Source: Lepidodermella squamata (lineage: Eukaryota; Animalia; Gastrotricha). From it: 64,000 bases of DNA. Of the stretch, positions 14,001 through 25,859 are shown in pieces; the first letter of the stretch is position 1; each line of letters opens with the position of its first letter. The DNA is taken from NCBI GenBank assembly GCA_047495785.1, contig JBLDXI010000001.1:3844001-3908000 (forward strand), in the 5' to 3' direction. Under the pieces are notes generated by a model, which saw only the letters and a program-made list of their open reading frames with translations, was not told the origin of the DNA and did not search any database. The position numbers were made by a program, and so were the translations under genes.

Positions 14001-17000
14001 GCATCACTGCACCCTTGTCCGAGGTTTATAGTCTCCTCTTTCTAAAATCAAGTCATCGAATGCGTTGTAGTTTTACGCAACGTTTTGCTGTAGCATATAC
14101 CTAAGAGGAAAAAACGCGAGGCTCAACGAAAGCGCCGGGCAAGGTTTAGGTTTGGGCTTCTGTTCGAGGTAATTTCAGAAATAAAGCACCAAACAGTGGA
14201 ATCAACTTATTAAGCTTATTAAGCGCTGATTTGATCGGCTTGACTTATCTTGAGACACTTCTTAGTTTCGACATCGCTGAGAAGTTGAGATTCGCGAAGA
14301 ATGGGTCATTTAAATGAGGATGAGGGTTTCTATAAATATCCCTGAATCCGCTCACTGGCGAAGTAAGATTTTTGGCTTGCATCTTCCGCAGTAACTGCTA
14401 TCAAAATGAGACATTGACATTTCAATCAGAAATCACTTAGGCATCGACCTTTGTTTTTATATTAGCATTAGCCTTCAAAAGACCGGTTTTCCTTCTGAGT
14501 TCTCTACCGATAAGATAATATTTTATTCAACTTGGCGTTAAGCGTTAACTCCTGACGTTTTGGATTAGTATCTCATCGAGATCTCATCCCACACTGCGAG
14601 GCCACTCTCCCATTGCCCGTAGCCTTCACCATACACGGTCTGCTGACTTCACTGTTCGCTGTGGAATTCCTCACAGCAACGAATGCCGTGAAGGCCTGAA
14701 GACGTTAAACCTAAAAATTGTAGGCGCGACTAGATGATAGACAATGGCAATTAGCATGACCCAAGTCGTTGAGAAATGAATTGGAGAAATTCGGAAGGTT
14801 ATGAATGAGCTGTAGCATAGGTTTTCGGTTTTATAGGCTCTATCCTAGTATTATCATGTATTTTACGCGTAATATCATCACGCTATCAGCTCATCTTGAT
14901 GACGCCTTTTTCGTCGAAAACTGTAGTCAACATCCGTAAAGGGTAGATATGAGTTGACCTGGCCTGAGTTCGTTCTACAGCTGTTAGACTGAATAGCAAA
15001 TAACAAACCCGGTAAGCAAAGTTCTTTTATTTTATTATTTATTATTTTATTGATATTCCCGCGGGCTTATATAGTCAGTCACTGGGGCAAGAAAATAGGT
15101 AATTAATTATAATGATAGGCGGCACTTGATATTGCTGGCGTTGGTAATGAGGCGGGAACATTAACGCATCAGACGTTTTGCATAAATATGGATAAAAATG
15201 GAAGTGGTGACCGCAAGACATTTTGCGCTAGCATACGTCAACTACATATGGTACTCCATTGCTATCCCAAACAGTCACCTGGCAACCGCTTGGGCCACCT
15301 TGACCAGCTACAGCTGCGAATGCCGCGAAGGCCTAAAAAATCAAATAAAAAACCCCAACAATTTCAGCGCAATTGTAATTCACCATAAGTGCGAAGAGTG
15401 AAACCAAAGTCGTGATGCTGCTCATTCTGCTTGCTTTGAAAATTGATTGAAAATCGAAACTTCCTAATGTGCGTTAACGGAGAATGGAGAAGGATAAATG
15501 TTGCTGTGTAGAACCTCCATTATATTGGCCTCTCCAGGGCATTATCTCAGGGCAGAAAATGAACTCAACATCGGCTGAAGTCCGCATTCTAGGATTCCAG
15601 CAAAAAGTTCATTTGTTATTCTTCACATTCATTTATTACAATGCGCAAAAATGCGCGGTCACCCCACGATATACTATAATACAAATAAAATACAATATTC
15701 CGGACAATACCGTCCGCAAGAAAAGCAATTAGGTGTTTTTTACAATTTGTCTTGAAGAAGGCCACAGACAATGCCTTAGATTGTGTATCACTGCGGCGTT
15801 GTTCGAGGTTTCATTGCTTTCCTTGCTTGCGGACGGTTATATGTCTAATATTAATTCTCCGTTTTTGTATTTTTAAGAACATTTTTGCGGCAGTAGACTT
15901 GAGGAAAAATTGATGAAAAGTTATCGAAAGGTGTGAAGGCCTGAAAATTTAAACATTAAGCCCAAAAAGGAATAACGCGACGATAGGGCGAAGTTACCTG
16001 GATGGCCGAACACAAAATTCAAGCTACCTTGTATATTCTGCTCAAGTTCAAATATTTGTTGTTAAAATTGAAGCCTTTATATAAATAAGCTGCTACGGAG
16101 TCTCCCTTTCAGGCACACCTATATTTTCATGTCACTCACTGATGTTTTCATGTTCCAGGTTGTTAGAGTTCCGAAGCCTTGAAGGCGCTGAAAAATGCAT
16201 CGACCGGCTGAACAACGCCGAGGTCAACAACCGTCGCATGATAGTTCGCGAAATGACCCGCCGCGATGAAGAACGCTGGCAGGAGGTGCAGCGTGACAGC
16301 AAACCGTCCGGCAACGGGTCGTCGTCAGACCGGGGCGGAGGCAGCAGTTCTCACGGCGCATCTTACTCCAGCCGCGACTACCCAGAAATACCATCTGCCA
16401 TTCTTTCAATCATGCGCCGCCACAACATCGACCCGCCGCTGTCCAAATCGTGTTTCGTCGCGAATGTCGCGTTTGAAATCGACGAGCGGCGGCTGAAGGA
16501 GTTGTTCAACTACGCTGGGCGCGTTACGCTGGTTGATTTGAAGCGTGACTCGGACGGGTCGAGTCGTGGGTTCGGCATTGTTGAGTTCGAAAGCGAGTAC
16601 GAAGCGCTTCAGGCTATTTTGATGTACAACGGCGCGTCGATCTACGACCGGCCACTCAAAGTTCGCTTCGATGTTAAAGCCGATGGACCTTCGTCGAAAT
16701 ATCCTCGTTAGTTTGTATATTTTTATGAAAATTGAAAATTCAGTATTTCCTGAAATTATTTCCATCGTTTGAATATGATTTTTTTCTTTTAGCTGGAGTG
16801 AAAAATCTCGGCCCTGGTTTGGGTCCAGGCGGTGAACCTTTGCCGCATATTGGCCTTCTGGCTTCTTTACCAGATCTGTTGCATTTGGTCTCGCCCAGTG
16901 TATTCACGCACATTCTCAACCAGGCTGGCTACAGCGGTGGTGGCGGCGCTATGGGTAAGTCTTGCCTAGGATTCTCAGAAATAACTCGAATTCTTACCCA

Positions 17001-17919
17001 CGTTTTTATTTGGTGCCATCGTCTTAAGCACCCTCGAAAATCTAAGAATTCGTCAGTTGAAGAATTTAAAAACTTCTGAAAACTGCCCTAAATAATTTCT
17101 CACCCAATCAAGAATTTTATTGTTAACTTGTATTTTTTAATTTGCAGGCGGCCTCAGTACATCTAGCATAGCTGCAATAGCCGCTGCTATCGCCGCTCAG
17201 ACCCAACCGCAATCCGTAGGTCCACCCCACCATCACCACCATTCATCAGCACACGGGCACCATCGCGGTTCAAGCATGGAATCAGGCTCGTTCGCTCCCC
17301 CGCCGCCACCGCCGCCGCCTAGCAATTACGGCGGCGCATGGGGTGGCGTGTCGCCAGGCGTCGCAGCCGGCCCTGGTCCAGTTCCATCGAGTCGTGGTTC
17401 CAGCAACGAGCCGTGTTCAGTCGTAGTTTCAAATGTTCGTTACAGGCGTTTCGAGGGTTGATAAACAGTGAAACAAAACATCTTCGTTTTTTGATTGAAC
17501 AGTTGCCACTGAATGCTACCTGGCGTCAGTTGAAGGATCGATTCGCTGATATTGGTGAGTTCCGTCGGGTTGTTGATTCGGGTCTCGGGTAGTTTTTGAT
17601 GAGAAATGTCATTTTGAGAAGTTGGCGGCATTGAAACCTTCCGGGATTGCTTGGGGGGTGGTTCCAATTTGAGTTGACACTTTTGGGATCGGTTTTCCGT
17701 TTTCAGTAGCCCCAGGGTTGACATTTCCGTTGATAATCGATGATTTGATGCATTATATTTCTAGGTGAAGTGGTTGTTGCGGATATTGTCAATAGGTCAG
17801 CGAATTCAGTGACAGGATTAGTTCGTTTTGCGACGCCGAGCGATGCTAAGCGAGCGGTTCGGTTGTTGCACGATGCGCGCTTCGAAGGCCGCCAAATGGA
17901 TGTCCGGCTCGACTTCTGA
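11074..17919 (+). CDS. HNRNPM: hnRNP M / MYEF2-like three-RRM RNA-binding protein; exons 11074-11363, 16159-16706, 16793-16954, 17148-17434, 17503-17554, 17765-17919
   Basis: RRM1 RRLFISNIPY..W..MKDLIK.EVGE...GFGLLEF; RRM2 FVANV...SRGFGIVEF..AL.AI.MYNG; PGVKNLGPGLGPGG linker; RRM3 VSNLPLNATW..LKDRF...GLVRF; all junctions GT-AG and in frame. Confidence 0.85.
11845..11876 (-). pseudogene. Truncated A-type peptide gene (start of exon 1 only, MSSTLTWVS)
   Basis: ATGAGCAGCACCTTGACTTGGGTTTCG matches the paralogue exon 1, then homology breaks before the donor. Confidence 0.5.
12690..12910 (-). pseudogene. Degenerate related secreted-peptide gene (B type)
   Basis: Acceptor tag|GCCTTCACGGC, homologous to the 14.6-kb copy; no ATG, in-frame TAG in the exon-1 remnant. 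Confidence 0.5.
13432..13621 (-). CDS. Small secreted two-Cys peptide precursor, 45 aa (MSSTSTWFSLFAIM|AFAAFAAVAG-QEDACFHLVLINGVPTWVHVC); exons 13621-13580, 13527-13432
   Basis: Same exon structure as the 15228-15425 copy, 52-nt intron, conserved NGVP and terminal VC-stop; TATATAA about 110 nt upstream on the minus strand. Confidence 0.7.
14560..14770 (-). pseudogene. Degenerate related secreted-peptide gene (B type)
   Basis: Acceptor cag|GCCTTCACGGCATTC and exon-1 remnant ACGACTTGGGTCATGCTAATTGCCATT; original start missing, indels present. Confidence 0.5.
15228..15425 (-). CDS. Small secreted two-Cys peptide precursor, 48 aa (MSSITTLVSLFALM|AFAAFAAVAG-QGGPSGCQVTVWDSNGVPYVVDVC); exons 15425-15384, 15332-15228
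   Basis: ATG, hydrophobic signal ending VAG, 51-nt phase-0 GT-AG intron, stop after VC; paralogue at 13432-13621 has the same layout. Confidence 0.7.
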
Positions 17920-19173
17920 GGTCGTTTGCTTCATTTCACCATCGAGATGGACTCGCCTATCGACTGCTTATTTAGTTTGATCAACTTTGCGCTTGTTTTC
18001 ATGGTTGAGCTGTCCAGCTGTCGTGTTTTTTCTTTCGTTCGCTTGTTTCTGTGTGATGTAAAATACATACTTACTGCACATCTCTGTTTGTTTTAATGAG
18101 TTGATGGGCTCGAGTTCGAGAAATTTCCATTTTTTTTAACCTTCAGTTTGAAAGTCGTGATCACAGCTAATTTTTAAAAAGAAGCCCAAATGAAGTAAAT
18201 TCTTTGCAATAGCCCTGAAATTTTCCGACGATTCATTTGACACGACTTTGAAACCATTGAGGTTTTCCGTTGCTTCTCGGCTCATTTCTAAACGTAATTA
18301 TTAAATTTTGTTAAGAAAATTGCAGCGCTACACGAATAAAACTGGCTGTATTGTTGTTGGAAATCGGAGTCGTTTTGAGTCGTATTAAGAAAGTCACGAA
18401 AGAGAACTGTTTGTCCTGAGGTTGAACTTATGTTTCTTTCCTTCTCGCTATGAACCTTAGATTCATTTTCAAAATTTCGATTGACACGGCTTATTCGGTG
18501 TTCGAATTTTTGTTGATTCCATACGAAAGTCAGAAAAATATTGGGTAGTATTTGTAAAATGCATCTGTCAAGTCTTCGAATTGCCTTAAATTAATCACAA
18601 ATTTCTGCTGCGAATCTGCTGTACCTTCCCCTTGGTTGCGTTTTACTTTGCTCGGGAAGCTATTTTCCAAGCTGGGATGCTTTGTTGGAGCAGTTTTGCA
18701 ACACAGAAATAACAATCGAAAAATTAGCTGACCGAGTCAAGAAGTTTCGGCTCGAGGGTACATACACTCTGAGATGATGGGCCGATTTTCATTTGTGTTG
18801 CAGAGTTGCCCCATCTAAGTATCACAGCTTGAAACAATAGTTTCCCGGGCACATTATGGCCCAGATTCGATAGTAACATTTAGAAATTCCTTTACATGTC
18901 TTGTTACTCTGTGGGCCTCGATCGGGAGTCTCGATCGGAAGTTTCTGGGCCATTGTTCTCACCCCCACCCTTGAGGAACAACTTTACTACTTCTTTTTTC
19001 GCCCCAGTACATCTTCATCAGCCTTAGATGAATTATATATTTTCACATTCATCGTCTTTCAGTTTCAGCTGTTTGAAATCATTGAAGTTTGAAGGCCTTG
19101 AAAACGAAAATTTACGGCTAGGTCTTCGGTCGTAAACTTTGCAAATATGGCATTTTTCGGGTCATAGATTGCA

Positions 19174-19526
19174 GAAGTTGCCACTAGATTCTTTTTCATG
19201 TGCACCTGTTGCCTGCACGCCAATAGGCTGTTCAATTGCCTACTTGAACAGCCTATTGAACAGGCAACAGGTGCACATAACAAAAGCAGTTCTTTAACGT
19301 GCACTAAAATGCGAAAGGTGTTTTTTTTGCAATCTCGCATCGTGCCACAGCGTGTCTTCTGGTGCCAGGATTCCACGCGGTCAGCATAAGAAACGCTGCG
19401 ACGAGATACGCGGTGGCACGATGCGAGATGGCAAAAAATACCTTACGCATTTTAGTGCTCATCGGCCAGGCAACGTCGTGGGCGGTAAAAACGACAAAAC
19501 AATTAAACAAGCCTAGTGGCGACTTC
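19174..19526. repeat. Branched inverted-repeat structure (outer 14-bp IR enclosing two hairpins)
   Basis: gaagttgccactag 19174-19187 / ctagtggcgacttc 19513-19526; hairpins ~19199-19277 and ~19301-19458. Confidence 0.75.
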
Positions 19527-19809
19527 TTCCGCGCTGCCATCGATATTTCTTATAGATTTTCGTGGGCCTGGAATATTGAAAGTTGTTTTGTTCCTGGTGT
19601 TGTGCGACAGGTGCCAACCTGGTGTCATAAATTGAATTTTGTCCTTGGAAAGGCCGACTGGCGTTGATTTTGTGATGAACTTGGGGTCCTCTTTGGTGCT
19701 ATTCTTTTCGCTATGTGCCGATTGTTCTATGTTGTCTTTTTTCATTTAGAAAAACATCGAATTTCTTAACATCGAAGTTTTAACTTGATTCATCCCCTGA
19801 CCCGCCAAC

Positions 19810-20849
19810 ATGTATGATGATTACGAAGATGACGACTTCGGCGATATTATCGAAGAACGAGAGCGTGAGATGAAAGAGAAAAAGCGGCAGAAAGCCATCC
19901 AGAAGAAGAAGGACTTCGAAGCCTCTCAGCAAACAAGCCAAGAAACCGGCCGCCGAAAGCCTGCCCCGAAAAAACGCCGAAATGACAGTGACGACGACGA
20001 TTTTGGTTCAGAAAGCGACGAAGACCAACCGACAATGGCGTTTGGAGCCGATAGTTCCAGCCAGCGGCGGTCGGCGAAACGAAAGCCAATCGGGCGTGGG
20101 AAGAAATTCGAGGCGGACGAGGCGATTGAAGCTCCAGGCGAGGCGCAGCCGGGCGATGACGAGGCTAATACGGCGAAAATCGAAGCGGCGATGAAGAAGG
20201 CAGTTGCGGCTCAGAAACCGCGGAGACAACTGCCGAAAATGGACGTGGAGAGGTTGCTATCTGATAAGGGGTTGAATAAATTGTTGGAAATGGCTGAGCG
20301 GTTTAAGGTCACCGATAAACAAAGCACTGTAATTTTAGTCAATTTTTCAGAATTTCATATTTATCACGCAATTTTCAGTCTCAGAAATTGAGCCAGTTGA
20401 TGGCGTTGTACGAATTATGGGCCCATGTCATGTTTCCGTCAATGGCTTTCGACGACGTGATCAAGCGTATTGAAACTCTAGGTTCAAAACGGCCTGTTCA
20501 AAGTTTTTTGCGCCGCTTACGTATGGGCGAAAACCCCGGGCCTTGGGACATTCAGGTGCAGGCGTCGGATGACGAAGAACACGCAGCCCCTGCAACTGCG
20601 AGTAACGCCGCGAGCAGTGGGCTTCGGAATCCCTTCGACGAAATTTTAGGCGATGATGACGACGGTGATTTGGATGACTTTTTGTCCCAGGCGTTGGATC
20701 AAATGGAAGAAACGGGTGGCAAATCGGCGAGCAAGAGCAGTAGCTCGAAACCGCAGCAGCCGGCTGTTGATGAGAACGATGAAGATCTGAATGAACTGGA
20801 CGCCTTCCTGGACAATCTCAATAAGCCGATTCGGGAAGATCTTTTGTAA
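19810..20849 (+). CDS. TIPIN: TIMELESS-interacting protein (Swi3/Csm3 family); exons 19810-20328, 20379-20849
   Basis: RR.LPKMDVERLLSDKGL...LMALYELWAHVMFPSMAFDDVIKRIETLGSKRPVQSFLRRLR Swi3 core with acidic flanks; 50-nt phase-0 intron. Confidence 0.88.
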
Positions 20850-21536
20850 CTGCAGTGCTCAATTTTTCATTTCAGTTTTATTGGCTTTCAAGCACGACTG
20901 CTTTCTCACCGGTTTTGTTTTGCATTTCATTGATTTCAGAAATAAAGTGACAGAACTTCATACTGTACATTTTTGGATTTTGTTTTGTTTTATAACCGCA
21001 AAAAGGCTATGAATTGAGAAAACTGATTGATTAACACTTAACTGCCAAAAATAGATATCTGGGTCCAAATCCTGGGTCTGTCAAAAAGTCCTTTTTTGGG
21101 TCAACAATGCGTCGCAGGGCAAAATGCCTGACGGCAAAGTGTAGGCCATGGTCCGGCGGTTCTTTTGACACCAAAGTTTTACCCTTACGTTCTACTTTCG
21201 CTTGTTGCTGGATGCTTTCGATGCGCGGGCCAGTTTTTCATAACGAAGATGCTAAAATGTTGTTTTTTATTCCATGTTCTATTCCGTGGAATTTCCGTGG
21301 AGTCGTTATAGCGACCAACTAGCGATATTAACTTGAAAACGGAGAAAAGTCTCTTTGTTGAACATTAGATCGGGCCTGGGGTTTTTTCGAGTTTGGGCCT
21401 ACCTCTCTTTCTTCAGCTGTTGTACGTGATAGTGAAGTGCGTGATGAAGCCTACATGATACCTGATGCAGCGCGGCGAGAAATATCATTTTTGAATTTCT
21501 CACATTCAATAAACTTTTACGTTTATAACCGTCAAA

Positions 21537-21928
21537 ATGGCCAGATACATGTCAATCGCTATAGCTTTGGTCAGTAAGCTGTTGTGCCTTGAAACTATCC
21601 TCTCATTTTAAATGGTTATTTATTTCAGGCTGCTTGTGTCGCTGCCGCTGCTGCAGTCTCGTTCCAGACGGAGGAGCAGTCACAGACCTACTTCACTATG
21701 AGCGCTTTACTAAAGAGCGATCTCGATCGTAACACAGCATCACTCTTCGATATGACTAAGTACCCACAAATCTTTAAAGAACTAGTAAAAAAGGTGATAA
21801 GCGGCAACGAAGACGCCGTCACGCAGTATATCATCCAAACGGCGAAGGATCGGAACGCGTTCAATGCGCTTGTTGCCGAATATGCCAACAATCCTACGCA
21901 ACTCCTGCCGAAACTTCAAAAATTGTAA
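21537..21928 (+). CDS. Small secreted helical protein, family copy 1, 110 aa; exons 21537-21569, 21629-21928
   Basis: MARYMSIAIAL|AACVAAAAA signal split by a phase-0 intron; three paralogues in the window. Confidence 0.8.
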
Positions 21929-22810
21929 CCTGTTTTACGTGCTAATCAGAACCAGGAGAAGATGAGTGAGGGTGTGAGAGAATCGTCAATGTAAGCTTTG
22001 CGAAGTGAGTGTGTAGCAGAAGGCATGAAACATTTGTTCGATTCAATAAAGTATTACACTTGGGGTAAATGGTGGTAAGTCGGAACAAAAAAGTGATTAT
22101 CCGACTTTTAACATGTGATAGCCCAGTCATCTGGCAACATGTTGTAACCTTGACCACTGGGATATCACGCACGGTTGCGTAACAGCGCGGCGCGGCGCAA
22201 ACGCGCCTTGCAAACTTTTTGATCGCGCACCGTGCCGCGGAACAATGCGGAACAATGGAAATATGTTGATTGAATGATACAAATAACACCCTGCTATGTC
22301 TATTTTTGATACGCTGATTACAATGGCGAAAACCGCACCTTTCGCCCGTAAACCCGCTTTTTCAAAAACTCGACGTCTATACCCGCAAAATAGCGAAATA
22401 AATGACTATAAGACGTCTCTACACGCTGCCTCAAATAAAGTGACGGAACTTCATTATGTTCATTTTTGGATTTTTAGAATATTGAGGCTCGTGACCAATC
22501 GAGTAATCGCCAGAGCGACTTGAACCTGGAATATGGAATACACCCTGATGTCCCAAATGTCCCATTTTTAAACGCGGATCTAGGATATATCTTACGCTTG
22601 TATACGCGTACCACCCTGCAACTGTAGAAAGAATTTACGCATTTTTTACTTGCGCCGTTGCCTACCTCTCTTTCTTCAGCTGTTGTACGTGATAGTGAAG
22701 TGCGTGATGAAGCCTACATAATACCTGCTGCAGCGCGGCGAGAAATATCATTTTTGAAATTCTCACATTCAATAAACGTTTACGTTTATCCACGTCACCT
22801 CACCGTCAAA

Positions 22811-23214
22811 ATGGCCAGATACATGTCGATCGCTATAGCTTTGGTCAGTGAGCTTAATTCGATCTCTTTGTGCCATGAAACTATTCTTTCATTTTAAATG
22901 GTAATATATTACAGGCTGCTTGCGTCGCTGCCGCTGCTGCAGCCTCGTTCCAGACTTCCGAACAGTCAAAAAACTACTTCACTGTGAGCGGTTTAATAAA
23001 GAACAGTCTCGCTGGTTCCACAGCACAACTCTTCGAAATTACCAAGAACCCACAAAACTTGAAAAATCTAGTCGGTAAGGTGATAAGCGGCAACGAAGAC
23101 GCCGTCACGCAGTATATCATCCAAACGGCGAAGGATCGGAACGCGTTCAATGCGCTTGTTGCCGAATATGCCAACAATCCTACGCAACTCCTGGCCAAAC
23201 TTCAAAAATTATAA
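22811..23214 (+). CDS. Small secreted helical protein, family copy 2, 110 aa; exons 22811-22843, 22915-23214
   Basis: Tandem duplicate of copy 1 including upstream and 3' flanks. Confidence 0.8.
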
Positions 23215-23897
23215 ACTGATTTACGTGCTAATCAGAACCATGGGAAGAAGATGACGCCGAGGCTGCGAGAGAATCGTCATTTTAAGCATTGAGAAGTGAA
23301 AGTGAGATTGAGATGTGTCGCAAAAACCGTGAACAGTTACAGCAGTTTGAGTCAATAAAGTATGACTTTTATCATATCGCGATCAATTTTAATGTGGCTT
23401 TGTTCGGGCTCACCAAGTTTTCAGAACCGCAGGATCCTCTCGCTTCACTTCTAATGAGGAGAGGAAAAGTAAAACTTTTTACGGCCGGCGTGAAAAAGTG
23501 TGAAGACGAGTCTTCTACGAATCTTTTCGGCTGAACCTTTCTTGAAATTTATTGGCTCACCTAAATTATTTTTCTGCCTAGTTCACATCTTCATCCGTCG
23601 GCCTGGTTGCACTTAACACGAATTTAAACATACACCGGTAGGCGGTAGGCATTAATAATAGGCATATTTCATGATAAAATTCATACAAAAATTGTCAGCT
23701 CTCATACGCGGTTTGAAGCTCAGAATTTGTTCAGGCGAGAAACCGTCTAGACATGCCGCTTGCCGTTAGAGCTTCAATGCCATCTTGAAGCTGCTTTTGG
23801 GATTGTATTGCTATAAGACTCGGTTGAACCAACGAGAAATATTATTAAAAAATTCCATCAGACTTTTGATCAGCATTCATTTAAATCATCCCTGAAA

Positions 23898-24330
23898 ATG
23901 AGCAGAATCATCTTGATTGCTTTCGTCCTTGTAAGCCGATATCGTGAAGTTTTATTAATCTGTAATATCTTATGTTGTCTTACAGATAGCCTACGCTGCC
24001 GCCGAACACGTAAATCCACACCAGCAGGACTGGCAGATCCGGAACTACATAAACACTTCCGCCAGGGCGCAGAGCAATCCTAAAGCATACGCTGCTAGTT
24101 TCTCTAAAACTGTCAAAAATCTGAAGAATCTGCATGATTTTCTCGATAAGGTGATTACCGGCAACGTAGACGGCGTCGCTCAGAGCATTATCAGAGATGT
24201 CGAGAAGGATCCGAAGACGATTGATTCGATTGTACTCCAACTGGCCAACGATCATGACAGCCTCATGAGTAAATGGCTTGAGATTGAACCATCACAGTAT
24301 GATATTGATAGAAATGTCATGAATGCCTAA
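23898..24330 (+). CDS. Small secreted helical protein, family copy 3, 125 aa; exons 23898-23930, 23986-24330
   Basis: MSRIILIAFVL|IAYAAA...KVITGNVDGVAQSIIRDVEKDPKTIDSIVLQLAND..L..KWLEI; TATAA near 23812. Confidence 0.8.
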
Positions 24331-25557
24331 GAAAAGGTGACAGAGCTGTAAACGACTTGTCTAGTTCTGCGAAGAGAGAGTGAAGCAGAGGACTGTTGAG
24401 ACGTGAAAGAATAGAGAACTACGTAATAAACTGAAGGTTAAGCTTCTGTCATTGTGGTTGCAAACTTTATTACTTTTTTATTTATGAGCCATTCATCCAT
24501 AGTGTGTTGGAAAGCTCAGCTGTAAAAGAAGTACTGATTAGGTGAATTGGAAAACTATACAACGGTTTAACCCTCTCAGCCGAGACTAGGCAAGGCTGAA
24601 ATCGTTCGTGTTGCGACGTAAGGGACCGCCAGTGCTAGCGCATATTTCTATATATCATTATACCGCTATATTGCGGTGTTTACAATTGCGGAGCGGTTGC
24701 ATCCAAAATTACTATCTTCGGTTCAAGGGCTATAAAATTGCCATTAGCTGCAATTGCATCTTGCGTTCTTGGACTCTTGAAGAGAAAAGAGGAATTCAGC
24801 TTCTTCGCCTATACTTTCTATAATTCTTTCTCGCGAATTTTAATAAGTTCTCTCGCGCTTTTGTGTAATTCTTCGATTGAAGATTTCACAGGTAGCAAAA
24901 ACGAGCTGCCGTGACCCGTTGCCGTGCATCTTTATTTTCAACCGCACCGAAATAATCGAAAATGAACAAAGGAAGTAAAACCAAGAGAATAATTCATCAC
25001 ATTTTGTTTCAACAAAAATGGCGATAACAGGTTGAATATATCGAAATAGCCAGCACTCAGCAAATAGTATAGTAGCGACCTGTTGCCAGAATTTCGCCAA
25101 TTTAACATTTCCGATTCCCAATCAGTATCCGATGTCCAAACAGTTATTACTAAAGAGGTGACTTCGAGTAAATGTTGAAGTAAAATAATCCTATCAACAA
25201 TGCAGAATTTAAAATTTAATACAGCAGCTAATAGGATGCACTATTACTATAATTTAATAGCTTTGAGAGATATCGCATTCAGAATTTAATGAATCATTAC
25301 TGACTATTTTAGAAAAGACCCGTTCTAAATAGAAAGTTCTAGGAAAAATTATAGAATCTCCAAACTCTGGAAGTTAGCGGATAGTTTTTAAAGTGTCGCA
25401 ATTAGGAAACAAGCGGTATTTTATGTTTTCTGAAAATGTATTTCTTACAACTGAAATGAAGTAACAATTTTCGAGAATAGATGACGGCGATACTCCATTG
25501 GGTATCTATAGCTAACTAACTAACGATAACTAACATAACAAGACACAGAAATGGGAG

Positions 25558-25743
25558 CGTTAGCGTCGTTGAATAACTCAGATTTGGGCTTATTTACGTC
25601 AGTTAAAAGATGAATAGTGAGAAAAGAAGGCAAAAGGAGAGTTTTTATGTGAGTGAAGAGGGGAAGCAAGCTTGTCATCACCCGTCAACTGTCAGTAACT
25701 GACGCGAACAAGCCCGAATCCGAGTTATTCAACGACGCTAACG
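25558..25743. mobile_element. Short MITE-like inverted repeat (~48-bp arms)
   Basis: cgttagcgtcgttgaataactc...gagttattcaacgacgctaacg; no TSD found. Confidence 0.55.
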
Positions 25744-25859
25744 ACTACGGAGCAGTGATGGCGATTCATCCTGCTTTAGTTTAGCTGTTTTCTTCCATTT
25801 CAAAAGAAAGAATGTCAATATGTATTGGACACTAATTAAGTGTTAAATTTGAATAACTA

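Larger units (their letters stand above)
11860..15950. repeat. Diverged tandem array (~1.75-1.8 kb period, ~2.3 units) inside hnRNP M-like intron 1
   Basis: tgctgctcattct.cttgcttt at ~11867, 13612, 15416; ccgtcc.caagaaaagc at ~12172, 13938, 15710; gaaggcct at ~12816, 13522, 14690, 15327, 15935. Confidence 0.85.

Noticed and set aside
14573-14757. Open frame giving a cationic two-Cys peptide (RPCMVKATGNGRVASQCGMRSR)
   Set aside because: Weak donor, truncated signal, and comparison with the 12.7-kb paralogue points to a different ancestral frame; treated as a pseudogene
24567-24600. ttaaccct start resembling a piggyBac end
   Set aside because: No convincing matching right terminus after the nested block
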